Below are positions 24,794 through 37,387 of a stretch of DNA of 64,000 bases, in pieces. This DNA comes from Azolla caroliniana (Eukaryota > Plantae > Polypodiophyta): NCBI GenBank assembly GCA_043228905.1, contig JBHGNT010000004.1, forward strand, positions 6,696,001 to 6,760,000, written 5' to 3'. The position numbers were made by a program, and so were the translations under genes. The notes under the pieces are model-generated. The model did not search any database. It was given only the letters and a program-made list of their open reading frames with translations, and had not been told where the DNA came from. Every line of letters begins with the position of its first letter. The stretch's first letter is position 1.

Positions 24794-27700
24794 GATCTGT
24801 GCAACCCATTAGTGGTTCCATTCCCTCTAAGCAAGTTAGTGATGTGTTCGTAGCCCAAGTAATAGTTAGTACTAAAAGTACCCCTCCAGTACATGTCCTA
24901 GCACTCCTAGATTCCGGAGCTAACTCTTGCTTTATGGATAATAAATTTGCTCAAGCTCATAAGATATCCCTAAGAAAACTCCAGTGTCCAGCCTCTCTAG
25001 TAGTCATTGATGGACGTCCCATTGCTTCCGGAAATATCATAGAAGAGTCAGAGCCCATTAATATTGTCCTAGATAACTTAGCATGTGTAGTATCATTTAA
25101 TATTATTAGTATCCCAGAACATCCCATAGTTTTAGGATTACTGTGGTTCGAGTTACATAACCCAGACATAGATTGGAGAACAAGAGAAATCCGGTGTAGA
25201 CAAACCCAAGGGTCAACTCAGAAGATGGCAACCATTTCGCTACGTCAGTTGCGTAAAGAAGGGCACAAGGAGGAAATGTTCCTCTTTGCAATATCAGTAA
25301 ACCCCTCCAGCACCACTAAAGAAGGATCCACCGTTCAACTTCCCGAGAAGTATCGTCATTACGCCGATGTGTTCGATAAAGTACAAGCCAACACACTTCC
25401 TCATCATCGACCGTACGATTGCCCCATCGATTTACAACCGGTAAAAGAGCTGCCATGGGGACCGATCTACAATTTGTCACCAACCGAGCTGGAAGTCCTT
25501 CGGGCCTATATAGAGGAGAATTTGGAAAATGGTTTCATCCGGCACTCGAAATCTCCAGCCGGCGCGCCCATTTTCTTCGTCAAGAAAAAGGATGGATCGC
25601 TTCGTCTTGTTGTACATTACCGTGGCCTGAATAAGGTTACAATCAGGAATAGGTATGCTCTTCCCCTTATCTCAAGTCTTTTAGAACGGATCAATGGTGC
25701 CAGGTTCTTCACGAAGATCGACTTAGGGGGAGCATATAACCGCGTACGGATTCAACCAGGAGACGAATGGAAGACCGCGTTTCGCACCAGATATGGGCAC
25801 TTCGAGTATACAATCATGTCGTTCGGCCTCACTAATGCACCGGCAGTCTTCCAGCACATGGCTAAAGATATATTCCGAGATCTATTGGATGATTGTTTGA
25901 TCATCTATTTGGATGATCTACTGGTTTATTCAACGACCCAAGAAGAACATGATTCTCATGTACTATTAGTACTAAAACGACTTCGAGAACATGGTCTGTA
26001 TGCAAAGCTGGAAAAATGTAGTTTCGGGTGCAACCAAGTGGAATTTCTCAACTACATCATTTCGTCAGAAGGCATCTCCATGGACCCAGCTAAGGTCAAA
26101 ACGGTGGTAGAATGGCAGACTCCACGTTCGGTGCGGGATGTGCAATGCTTCCTAGGCTTTGCCAATTTTTACCGGAAGTTCATACAAGATTACTCAAAGA
26201 TCACAACTTACCAGGAAGGGACAACCGTTCATTTGGTCTAAAGAAACGGACGTGGCTTTCGAGAGTCTTAAAAAGGCATTTACATCAGCTCCAATTCTAG
26301 CTCATTTCGATTCGGAAAAACCATTTATTATCGAAGCTGACGCATCGGATTTTGCATTGGGGAGCATTCTGTCACAACAAGGGAATGATGAGAAGCTACA
26401 TCCTGTGGCGTTTCACTCACGCAAGTTTGACGCCGCCGAAATCAACTACGAAATTCATGATAAGGAGCTATTGGCAATAGTGGATTCTTTTATGCAATGG
26501 AGGTATTTTCTAGAGGGATCCTCTCATCCGGTCACCGTATTTCGTGACCACAAGAACCTTGCCTACTTTCAGGATGCTCGTGTGTTGAATCGACATCAAG
26601 CTCGGTGGGCCCACTTCCTCACGCGTTTCGACTTCAAAATTACATATCATCCGGGGAAGCACCAAGGGAAGGCCGATGCATTATCATGGCGTTCGTACCT
26701 AGCACCCCGTCCCGGCGAGCCAGCTTTCGATAACCAAAAACAAGTCATCTTGGGACCGGCACGACTACAAGCAACAAAGATCTTTGACATGCCCATGGAT
26801 TCCCGCGTTATTGATACCATACGCGAAGACTTGAAGACAGATGCGTTCGCCCAAGCTATACTAGCACAAATTGATCCCTCTCGAGCGTCGTGTTCACAAT
26901 CGCAACCACCAGGTACGGACTATCGGCAATTCAAATACCATGATGGATTACTCTTCTTTAAAGAACTTTTGTATGTTCCTAATGGTTCTTGCCGCCTTCA
27001 AGTAGTACAAAACTGTCATGACACATATACAGTTGGGCATTTTGGTAGTACTAAAACATTACATTTAGTACAACGATCATTCTGGTGGCCCTGTATGCGA
27101 CAATTTGTCGAGGATTTTGTTCGAACTTGTGATACATGTTGCAAAGCAAAAATGCCAAGGCATCATCCATATGGTTTATTAGAACCATTACCAATTCCAA
27201 GCAAGCCATGACAATCCATTGCTCTAAACTTCATCACAGATCTTCCAGTCTCTAAGGGGTTCAATGCGATTCTAACGGTGGTCGATCAATATACGAAGAT
27301 GGCTCATTTCTTGCCATGTACTAAGGAGATCTCCAGTGAAGACACTGCCGAAATTGTCATGCGTGAAGTATGTCGGCATCATGGACTTCCCGATAGTATC
27401 ATCAGCGACCGCGGACCCCAGTTCGTGTCAAAATTCTAGAAGCACCTTTTTAACATGCTCAAGGTCACTTGTAACCTCTCCTCCGGCTACCACCCACAAA
27501 CCGACGGCCATGTCGAACGAACCAATCAAACGCTGGAGCAATATCTGCGGTGCTTTCTCAGCTATCATCAGGATGACTGGGCAGATATTCACCACTTCGC
27601 CGAATTTGCCTATAACAACTCTATCCACGCATCCACGAAAGTTACGCCATTTTATGCTTATAAGGGATGTCACCCCCGGTGGTGTGTACTTGAAACCCCA

Positions 27701-28741
27701 GAGGTGTCCACAAATCCTTGCGCAGAGGATCGTTTGGAGAGGTTACGCAAGATACAGGCGGATTTATCTACTCATCTCCAACAAGCTCAACAAACACACA
27801 AGGTTTATGCGGATCGTCATCGACTCCCATCTAGTTTTAACATTGGAGATCGGGTATGGCTACTCCGACGACACATCAAGACTACTCGCCCATGCGAGAA
27901 GTTGGATTATCGGTGATTAGGTCCTTTCCGTATTATTGGAAAGATTAATGATGTCGCTTTTCGTCTTGATCTACCTCCACAACTTCGGATACATCCGGTG
28001 TTTCATAGTTCTCTCCTCGAACCCTATCAAGAAAGCACCATCCCAGGATGTATTACACAGCCTCCACCCCCGATTGAGCTTGAAGATGGACTTGAGTACG
28101 AGGTTGTCGCCATCCTTGATTCCAAGCTTGTTCGCAACAAGCTCTACTATCTAGTCGATTGGCTAGGATATAGTCCCAGCGAGCGTACTTGGGAACCGAT
28201 AGAGAATGTCACCAATGCTCGTGCTCTTCTTGAAGACTTCCATCGTCAATATCCAGACAAACCGGGTCCTCAATCCAAAACGACTCATTACACTCGTCAT
28301 TTTAAAGGGGGGATAGTGTCATGATATGGCAAGACTCGAACCCATGACCTTATACTACATGGGTCGAGCTCTTGACCATTAAACTATACATTGTAATACA
28401 TAGAATATTATTTTCATTTATGTTTTATTATAGAAAATTGATGTATATTCTAGATTTCTCTGGAACATTCTAGAAACTTCAGGAGTATTCCTTAGAACAC
28501 TATAAAAGGAGGCACAAGGCATTATTTCGAACCAAATCGGTTCAACGCCAGTCTTAAGCCTCCTAGCTACTGTACATTTTCTTCACATAATATATGTCTT
28601 TTCTTATCATCACTCTCTCTCTCTCTCTCGATCTCTCTCTCCCTCCCTCTCACTCACTCTTTCCTTCTCTCGAGAGTTCTTCACCTCTCTTAGTACTAAT
28701 ACTTCTTTTAGTACTAATTCCTTCTCTGTCTTAGTACTAAT

Positions 28742-29547
28742 TTCTTTATGGGATGTCATATGGTTTGAGGCTTCGGAGTCTACAAACCATACGTCCTCCG
28801 GATTGAGGGCACTAGTTGAGGTAGGGGCCGACATAGAGTTTGCTCTATGTTTCATCATGAACATTCCGCCACGGTCAGAGTTCCATGCATACATTCCGCC
28901 ACAATCTTCGTAGTCGGAGTTGTTCCCGTACATTGCACTATACTCCTCGTAGTTGGAATTGTGTGCGTAATTCGTGAGTTGTCAGCTTGTGGAAGCCGAT
29001 TCACGCATCTTCTTTCGGCACTCTTATTCGCGATGGCCAAGCTTTCCGCAATATCCGCATTCGGTTGCGTTTTGACGGCTCGGGCCGGATTGGAAGCTCC
29101 CCCTTCTTGCGAAGGTTCCTCGTTGGCCTCCGTTTTGCGGCCGAAATTGGGAGTTGTTGTCGTAGGTCGGACCTCGTCCGCCTTGTCTTTGGCCGAATCG
29201 GCCTCTCACTCGTACGCGTCCTCTTCCTCCATTAGAGTGCGTGTAGAGCATGTGGCCTTCCGACTCATTGCTCCTTGTACGCACGTGGCTTTCTTCGACC
29301 AATAGCATTGATTGGAGCTTGAAGAAGGAGGGAGATTTCTCCCGTGCTAGAACGGCGGTTCGCATCGCGCCGAACCGTGGTGCGAGGCCACCGAGGCATA
29401 TTTGCACCATCTCATCATCATCTATACTTATGCTTATTGAGCCGAGCGAGTCACAAAGCTCCTTGATCTTCAAGGTGTATGTCGTGATGGACATGTCCCT
29501 TTGTGGAATGTTGTTCAACTCTTGGCGGAGTTGAAGCTTCCTCGCGG
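28742..29547 (-). pseudogene. Inner copia gag (C-terminal part) to protease
   Basis: NNIPQRDMSITTYTLKIKELC...CGYCGKLGH...WFVDSEASNHMT. Confidence 0.9.
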
Positions 29548-32109
29548 TGTCGCGTTGTTACGCGCGTGCGTGGAGAAAGGCGGGACCACGGGGGTCTTGG
29601 ACTAGGGAGAGAGAGAGCGTAGGAAGTCGTGCTTCACTGTTTCTGGGGCATCCCGGAAGCACCCGAAGGGAGAGAGAGAGAGCTTAACACCGACTCACGC
29701 ACACACACGCACACACAGCCCAAGCCGACTCACGCCTTATGTACAGAAAACACAGGAGAGGTTAAGCACCCGACGCCAACAACGATGCGAATATACACAG
29801 ACAAACGTATATATATGTATATATAAAGGGAAGGATACATTCCCGGCGTCGAGCCGGACTGCAGGTAGGTTACAGTAGTCGTCAGCTGCCAAGCCGCCAT
29901 CGGGGAGCTCTCAGCTCGTCGCGCCGAGCGGGGTCTTGCACAGGAGGCCGAACCAAAGCAAACCCTAAGCAAACACGAGGGGGAAGAAGAAGGAGAAGAA
30001 GAAAACCTAACTCTAAACTTAACGGTATACCCTCTAATACAAAATGGGCAACCCTTTCACAAAGGGCGTTCATTTCCTTTTATAGAACAAGGAAAGGGAT
30101 GCGTTACAATGTGGGACAAATCCTGACTTACATGGGATTGTCTGTCCCGGCTTAACTACTCTTCGGCGCCATAAAGGCGCCCCCGATATTCACACCAAAT
30201 GTACATGGGTGCGTACACACGCTGCACCCTGCCGATGTAGCCAATGTTTTCCGGTTTCCGCCTCTGGCCGAAATTCTTCATGACATCCGCCCCCACCTAA
30301 CTGCACGTCCACCGGTATGTGCCAAATCTGGTTGAAGGGTGAGAGATTTCGGCCGGTGAGAAATCGGTCTCCCGTGATCCGCATCTCGGCTCGCTGCCGG
30401 TTTGATCCGTCGGCTCCGAGTCTTCCTTCGCGCTCGCCTCCCCGTAGGCTCGTTCGACCCGTCGATAGGTCCTCTGCCGCGATCTCCGTAGTACGCGTAC
30501 TTCCGTTGGCCCTTGTTCGGCCGTATGAACGCCCCGCTTCCCGTCGTAGGCCCAATGTCCTCCACTTGAGGCATGCCCGTAGTGGCCCGCTTGGCCTCCG
30601 TTGACCAACCGTGATGTCCTGATGTTGTTTCGAGTTGGCTTCGTCCTTTCGCCGCCACCTTCCTTCTCCATAGTCTTACATCGCCGCGTCGGCTCGAACC
30701 GCCATGGTCTCCGGAACGGTGTGGAGGGTCCCTTTTCCGGTCTTCTCCGCGCTTGCCTTCCCGCTCCGGCACCTCAGTGTGCCACATACCCTCGACCGTT
30801 GTTTGGCACTGCCTGTGCCGTACCCCGGTTCATTGCACGCCTCGTCGGCCCCTTTCCCGGCCAGATCGTGCATCGCCGCTCACCCGCATATCGGTGTCCT
30901 TTGCATCCGAGGAACACCCCGTAGTAGCCCGCTTGGCCCTTCCCATCTTCGTGCTGTGGCGATAGGTCTTGAGTCTTCCGCTTGCCGTCGTCCCCTCGCC
31001 CCACCAGCTTGTCACCCCCGGCTTGCCGTGTCAGTCTTCGCTACTTCGACGGAGCTACCGAGATCTACGAAGCGAGTGCGGAGGATCCTCCTCCGGCCTC
31101 TCTTGCCATCCCTTGACTCCGACCTTGTGCAGTCCACTAGGCACTTGTCCCCTCGTTCCCGGCACCTCCCTTGTGTCGTCGGGTCCTGTTCCTTGCCGCC
31201 ACCGTCCTTCTCCCTCGGTCTTACGTTGCCACGTTGGCCGAACAGCCGGAGTTTCCTGATCGGTGTGAGGGTCCCATAGGACCGGACTCCGTTTCTATGC
31301 TTGCCGAAATTCGTGTGACTTTTGTTTGAGTCCCTCCCGGACTCTCCTCGTGTCTTCCTCGTAGCCGGGTCCCGTTTCCCGCCGCCACCTTCCTTCTCCC
31401 TCGGTCTTACGTCGCCACGTTGGCCGAACAGCCGGAGTCTCTGGTTAAGTGTGGGGATCCCGTAGGACCAGACTTCCTTACGCCCATAGCCTTCATCACC
31501 TCGCCGCCACCGTCAGTATCTTGGTCTTACGTCGACCGCGTTGCCGACTGCCAGAGTCTCTAGAACCGGTGTGAAGGATCTTCCGTAGACCGCCGATTTC
31601 CCTTCCTTGCCTTCGTCACCTCGCCGCCACCATCAGTATCTTGGTCTTACGTCGAGCGCGTTGCCGACTGCCGAAGTCTCTAGAACCGGTGTGAAGGATC
31701 CTCCGTAGACCGCCGTCTTCCCGACCCTGTCCCGGGTCGTCCTTCTCCGCATGCCGAGAGGGTGGTTTACTCCGCACCCTCTCCCATGGTACCGACGTAC
31801 CGTGTCCTCGGCCTCTTCGTAGGCCTGCTCTCTTCCTCCCTCCCGGAATGGTCATCCGGGAGTCCGCTCCGCCCGGTTCTCACTCGGGTTCGTTCGTCTT
31901 CCCCCGGATTGCCGAGTCCCGTTCCCCTGTCGCCACCATCCTCTCTTGTCAGACTCACGCCGGCGCTCGGGCCTGCAGCCGGATCGGTGTAAGGAATCCG
32001 ATAGGACCAGTTTTCATTCTCTTTCCATATCTCGACCTTCGCCCGGTCGGTCTTTCTCCCCATGTAAAAGAGGGCGGCTCGTCCCGCACCCTCTCCCGTA
32101 TCGGCACCT

Positions 32110-33531
32110 CTATGCCGAATCCGACTTCGATCGAACGGTCCACGACCGGGTTACGCTCCACACGTATCGGAATGCCGATCTCCTCGTGCCGCTTCCGTCC
32201 TCAGACTCCTCGCAGGCCATTCCCCATCCGACTTCGCTGGCATCGTGCCAGGACTCCTCGGTACCGCTGTCCATCTCCTCGGTCTTACATGGGCATACGG
32301 GCCCGAATGCCGAGATCTCCGGAATCGGGTCCGTGGGCTTTCGTCCGTTCCTTCCCCGTATCATCTCGCCGGTGATTCTTGGTCTATCGCCGCCGCCTTC
32401 CTCCGCTTGGGACTTACGTGGGCACTCGGGCCCAACTGCCATCATCTCGGGAGAAAATGTGGGAAGACACAAAGAATCGCTCGTCCGTTTTACGCCCTTG
32501 TTCGTAGCCACCGACTCTTCGTGGTCGGCGGTCGTCTTCTTACCGATCACACAAGCCCCGTCTTGGCTCGCTTCTCCAACGACCGGGGTCTCGGGCTGAC
32601 ACGCCCGAAACCGCCGGTCCCAACGTTCCGGTTCCGCGATCTGTATCTCGGCCTCGTCCTTGGCCGTTCTTTCTCCGCAAGTCGAGAGGGCGTTTCGTTC
32701 CACACCCTCTCCCGTGGTACCGTCGTACCTATCTTCCGCCGTCACGTGGCGCAAGTCCGTCTTCTCAATCTCGGCTTGTGGCTCCCGTCTTTCCTCTTCC
32801 TCGAGCATCGCCTCGAGAGCTGCGTACACCTCCGCAATCCTGGCCTCAACGCCAACCCTTGCCGACTCTTTTTGTCATTCGGCCTCTTCCCGCTGTGATG
32901 GCACGCCGTCGCGTCCCTTCCTCTTAGCCTTCTCGGCTCGCTCTTTGTCTAACCGTTGGCACACCCTTCCGACCTTTGACCAGTCCTCCGTAAGCCCATT
33001 CGCTCCGTCATCGTCTTCAAGCTCAATCCCGATGGCCTCCCGTTCCGCTCGGTCGATCGACCTGACGAACAATAGGACCTTGTCCGCCCCCACCAAACCT
33101 TGTTCCCACTCTGGGAGCCGAGCAAGCTGTCGCTCGAACTCTCAGAACGCCTTCGTCGCACCCCGATGGGTCTTTGCCGATGCTACCCACTGGTCGAAGT
33201 CGTGCCCTCCCCGGCTCTTCCGCCGTCCTCAGTATGCCTTCAGGAGCGCCTCTTCGAAGGCCTCACGGAGCTCCTTTACTTCCGCATGCATCCGGACAGC
33301 TACGACCCGGCAGAAGAACTCCAGCCTCAATGCCTCGTCTACGCCACACTCCTCCATTTCCGCGTTGTAGGCTTCCAAGTATGATGGGACTTTGTCCCCG
33401 TTGAAACGGCCGACTCTATCGACCACTCGCTCAACCGCTTGTTGCGCTGCTTCTCGCCTCATCACCACTCGTGCCGATTCCAACACCACTTCAGCCACCA
33501 TCTCCGCAAGGCCGTCGTCTTCCGACTCCAT
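32110..33531 (-). pseudogene. gag-like remnant plus low-complexity extension (unit 2)
   Basis: MESEDDG...VERVVDRVGRFNGDKVPSYLEAY...LRLEFFCRV, then GADKVLLFVRSID...LTEDWSKV. Frameshifted. Confidence 0.65.
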
Positions 33532-33568
33532 CCTCCCTTGCCGCCTTTCACGTCGGGTTCACCAAATA

Positions 33569-34245
33569 TGTCGTGTTGATACGCGCGTGCGTGGAGAAAG
33601 GCGGGACCACGGGGGTCTTGGACTAGGGAGTGAAGGAGAAAGATTAGCTCAAGAGGAGAAGAGAACGAATATGACATTATGATAGAAGAAGAAGAAGATG
33701 CAATCAAGATACTCAACAAAAAGTTCTATTAAGAAATGAATGATTACAACAATGGTGGCCGCCATGGCCGCACCAAACGACTATATGAAAAACCCTAAAG
33801 GAAAACCCAAGAAGAAAACCCTAACCAAAACCCTAACCCTAAAACGAAATGGGAAGAAGGAGAACCCTCGACTAAGTGGTATACCTTACTCACACAAAAT
33901 AGGCAACCCCCACAATGGTTCCTTCTCTCTCCTTTTATAGCACAAGGAGGGAAGACCGTCTACAAAAGTGAGACTAAAATATCCCCCTTTCATTCAAAGG
34001 GAATATTTGCCTTGATTTGGGGGAGGGTGAGATTGATGGCCCCCTTAACTCCCACCTCCTCACAAACAACTAGGTACCTATGTACCGCATAGTACCTCTC
34101 TCTCTCGCGTGGATGTGCGTACAACCACATCACCTTTATACCTTTATTACTATTACAAATACATTATGTACGTGTGCAACGTTGCACATTGCTCTTTGGC
34201 TCTCGTTGCTCAGGTTTCCGCTTGTGGACGAAAATCTTCACAACA
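33569..34245 (-). repeat. Middle LTR (subtype B) of the three-LTR element
   Basis: TG..CA ends. It shares about 60 bp at the U5 end and the terminal U3 bases with the outer LTRs, and is otherwise strongly diverged. It is flanked by a PPT (34246-34260) and a PBS (33547-33564). Confidence 0.88.
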
Positions 34246-36124
34246 TCTGCCCCCACCTAACCGCACATCCTCCGGTATGTGCCAAAACATACGGGAGAGA
34301 ACACGAGATTTTCGGCCACGACGACCGACGAGTCCTTAGCGTCCTCGTGGGCCCGCCCGGCTTTGTCTTCCACTTCGAGTAAGACCACCCCGTCCACACG
34401 AACCACCGCCGACTTCCGTCCCACCATCCTCGCCGAATGGTCTCAAACCGTCGGCACCATCCGATCCGCCACACTCGACGATGTTTGCCGAGTCGTTGCC
34501 TCCACCCGATCCGCCATGTCCACCGTGGGTCCTTGAACCACCGACTACATCCAACCCGCCGTATCCGATGCCCGTGTTTTCCTCCCCGTTCGGTCCTCCC
34601 GAACGTCGTCGCCGACTCGGTTGCTCTTCCTTTGTCCGCCTTGTATATCCTCTGGATGCGCTCCCGGTCGCATGCCGGATTCCGCCCTTTGCATGCCGCA
34701 CACCTCGGTGTGCCGACTCTCTCCGCTCCGCGCTTGCCTTCCGTAGGCTTTCCCCGTATGTCGATGTTGCCCTCCGAATGCGTGCTCGTGCTTCGGTCCT
34801 TCGATGACCCCATCACGCGTTTTTCGCTTTCCCCTTTTTCGTCGTGCTCTCTCGTAGTACAGTGTATCGTCATCCCGACCTCTGTGTCGGTGTCCCTCGA
34901 GGCTCTCGTTATCGCCTCACCTCGACTTGCGCCCTCTTGGCCCGCTTGGCCTTGTATGCCCTCCGGGAAGCCGCCGCGCTTTCTCTTCCCGGTGTGTACC
35001 CCGTTGTTCTCCGCACATCTCCTCCGTTTTCCTAGATACGACTCTCCGCTCATGCCGATCACGCTCGGCCCATGTCGTCGATCTTGGTGGTTCGTCGTGC
35101 CGTCCTTCGTCCCGCGCTTGCCTCTCGAAGGCTTGACCCGACCGTCATCGTCGGTCAATTGTTGTCGCCCATCCGCCGTATGCATGCTTGTGTCTTGGCC
35201 CTCCATCGTCCGTATTACATGCGTCTCGTGTCGTGCTTCTGCCGTAGACCCGACCTCCGCGTCGGTCTCCAACTCCTCGCCGCCACCCACCGCTTCTTTG
35301 TTCTCCTTTCGATCCGCGACCGCCGATGCCTCACGGGTAGGTGTGGAGGGTTCCTCCCACTCTCGGTTCACCACCGAGTCCTCGCCTCTCAAAGGCTCAA
35401 TCGGTCCACCGTTTCCGGTCACTTGTTGACGCTCTCTCGGATGCATGCTCGTTCTTGGGCCCTTCACCAACCATAGTGCATGCTTCGTGTTACACCCTTC
35501 ATCCACCGTAGACCTGACCTCCGCGTCGGCCACTTCTTCCTTTGTCACCGTAGCCCGTTCCGACCCGAGCTCGCCATTTTGGACCCTCTCGTCCATCATC
35601 TCATACCGGATACCCACTCTGATATCTCTGTCCGCTTCGGCCTCCGACTCCTCGCCGCCACCCGTTGTCTCTCCGGTCTCACGTTGATCCACAACCGCCG
35701 AAGTCTCTAGAATGGTTGTGGAAGGTCCCTCTCGCTCTCAGTCTTCTAGCAAGCCGTGATCACCGTGCCCACTAGGCCTCCTTCTCGCTCTCACCGGCTC
35801 CCACCGTAACCGTGCCCGGCCAGCTACGAATCGATCAAACAATCCCAGTCTTGCCGGCTTCCTTCGGTTCATGCCCGGTTGACCGGCCCCCGCTTCACTC
35901 TTCTTCCGCTCCGCCTCCCGGTCGGGTCGGATTACCGACCGCCTCATCTTTCGGTCGGGTCGGTTCCCGACTCGCTCCTCGATGCCGCTCCGGACCGCTC
36001 CTTCGGTCTTTTCGCACGTGCCCACTCCGGGCCTCTCATCCTCACGGCCACCGCCCATCTCCTCGGTCTTATGTCCGCGCTCAGACGCAACCGCCGAAGT
36101 CTCCGGCCCCGGTGTCGAGGGATC

Positions 36125-37354
36125 TCACCTCCGTCCGCTACAAACCTCCTCTTCGTCATTTCGGTTGCCCGCCTTGCTGCCGCCACCATCCGTCTCTCTA
36201 GGTCTCACACCGGCTCTTGGGCTGGTTGCCGGAGTCCCTAGGACCGGTGTGTGGAAGGTCGCGGCACCGCCGCTCGTCTCCTCTTCTTCCTCGACTTCGC
36301 AAGCCTCAAGTATGCTCGCGAAATTCTCGTAGAACGTTTCGGGCAACCGCGTCCCGAAACTTTTGCCCACTCTCGAAGTGGCATCCATTGCTCCGTAGAT
36401 ATCGGCCTCATCCATGGCCGTCCTCTTTCCACAAGTCGAGAGGGTCGCTCGCTCCGCACCCTCTCCCACATCGTCGCCATCGTGGTCGCCCGCCTTGCTG
36501 CCGCCACCGCCCGTCACTCTAGGTCTCACAACGGCTCTCGGGCCGGTTGCCAGAGTCTCTAGGCCCGGTGTGCGTAAGGTCGCAGCACCACCGCCCGTCT
36601 TCTCCCCGCTCGATGTTTCGGGCCTCCATGCCCGACCTCCCTCATGTCCGCTCGAATCGGCGATCGCCGCCTCACCGTCCCCGACCTCGTCCTCGGTCGA
36701 TCTTTCTCCGCATGTCGAGAGGGTGGCTCGCTCCGCACCCTCTCCCGTGGTACCGATGTACCATTCTCTTTCGGCCTCCTCATCCTCCGATCGCCTCTGG
36801 CCTGACTCCATAATAAGCCCTTCTTCGGCTTCGATTTTCCCCTTCACAAGCTCGCATGCCTCCCGTATTAGCGCTTCTAGGTCAAGCTCCTCCGAACCGT
36901 TTTGCGTTGAGCTCTCTTCCGGCGGTAGTGCATACTCACTCGCCGCTCTCTCTTCTCCGCCGTTCGTGGGCCATGTTGTTGCCGACCGCTCCCCATCGGG
37001 TTGCCCGCATACCCACTCCGGTTTCGCGTATCCGTACGCTTCCAATAAAGCTCCCTCGAAGGACTCCCATGACTCGTGAGCTTCTCGTAGCTCCTTGACA
37101 TCCTTCTGCACCTATACGGCCGCCACTCGCGGAAAATACTCTAGTCGCATCGCCTCGTCCACGCCCCCTTTCGCCATCTCGGCCTTCTAGGCTCCCAAAA
37201 TTTTTAGGACCTCATTCCCATTGAACCGGCCGACTCGATCGACCACCCTTTCGACGGCTTGTTGAGCCGCATCTCGCTTCACCATCTTTCATCCAGCTTC
37301 CATCACGATCTTTGCCATCATCTCCTTGAAGTCAAAGTCTTCTTCCATCTCCAT
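36125..37354 (-). pseudogene. gag-like remnant fused to an acidic low-complexity extension (unit 1)
   Basis: MEMEEDF...AVERVVDRVGRFNGNEV...AMRLEYFPRV...SWESFEGALLEAY with three in-frame stops, then an open E/G/T-rich tail. Confidence 0.65.
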
Positions 37355-37369
37355 GCTCCCTTGCCGCCT

Positions 37370-37387
37370 TTCACGTCGGGTTCACCA
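37370..37387 (-). promoter_or_regulatory. Primer binding site complementary to tRNA-Trp (second copy 33547-33564)
   Basis: The plus strand reads TTCACGTCGGGTTCACCA, the 3' 18 nt of plant cytosolic tRNA-Trp including CCA as I recall it, 4 nt inside the LTR. Confidence 0.85.

Larger units (their letters stand above)
23099..28738 (+). mobile_element. Ty3/gypsy chromovirus (Tcn1/Tf1-sushi-like), self-priming, defective
   Basis: LTRs are 23099-23530 (TGTCA..TGACA) and 28317-28738 (end clipped). gag runs 23603-24754 with CLYCGGPGHIAINC. pol has PR (LLDSGA), RT (YLDD), RNase H (EADASD), IN and a chromodomain (YEVVAILD..YYLVDWLGY..TWEP) ending 28324. PPT is AAAGGGGGGATAG. Confidence 0.95.

Noticed and set aside
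30190-37100. Many long overlapping ORFs on both strands as possible captured host genes
   Set aside because: GC-rich, internally repetitive sequence with no recognisable domain or splice structure. The antisense ORFs are shadows.
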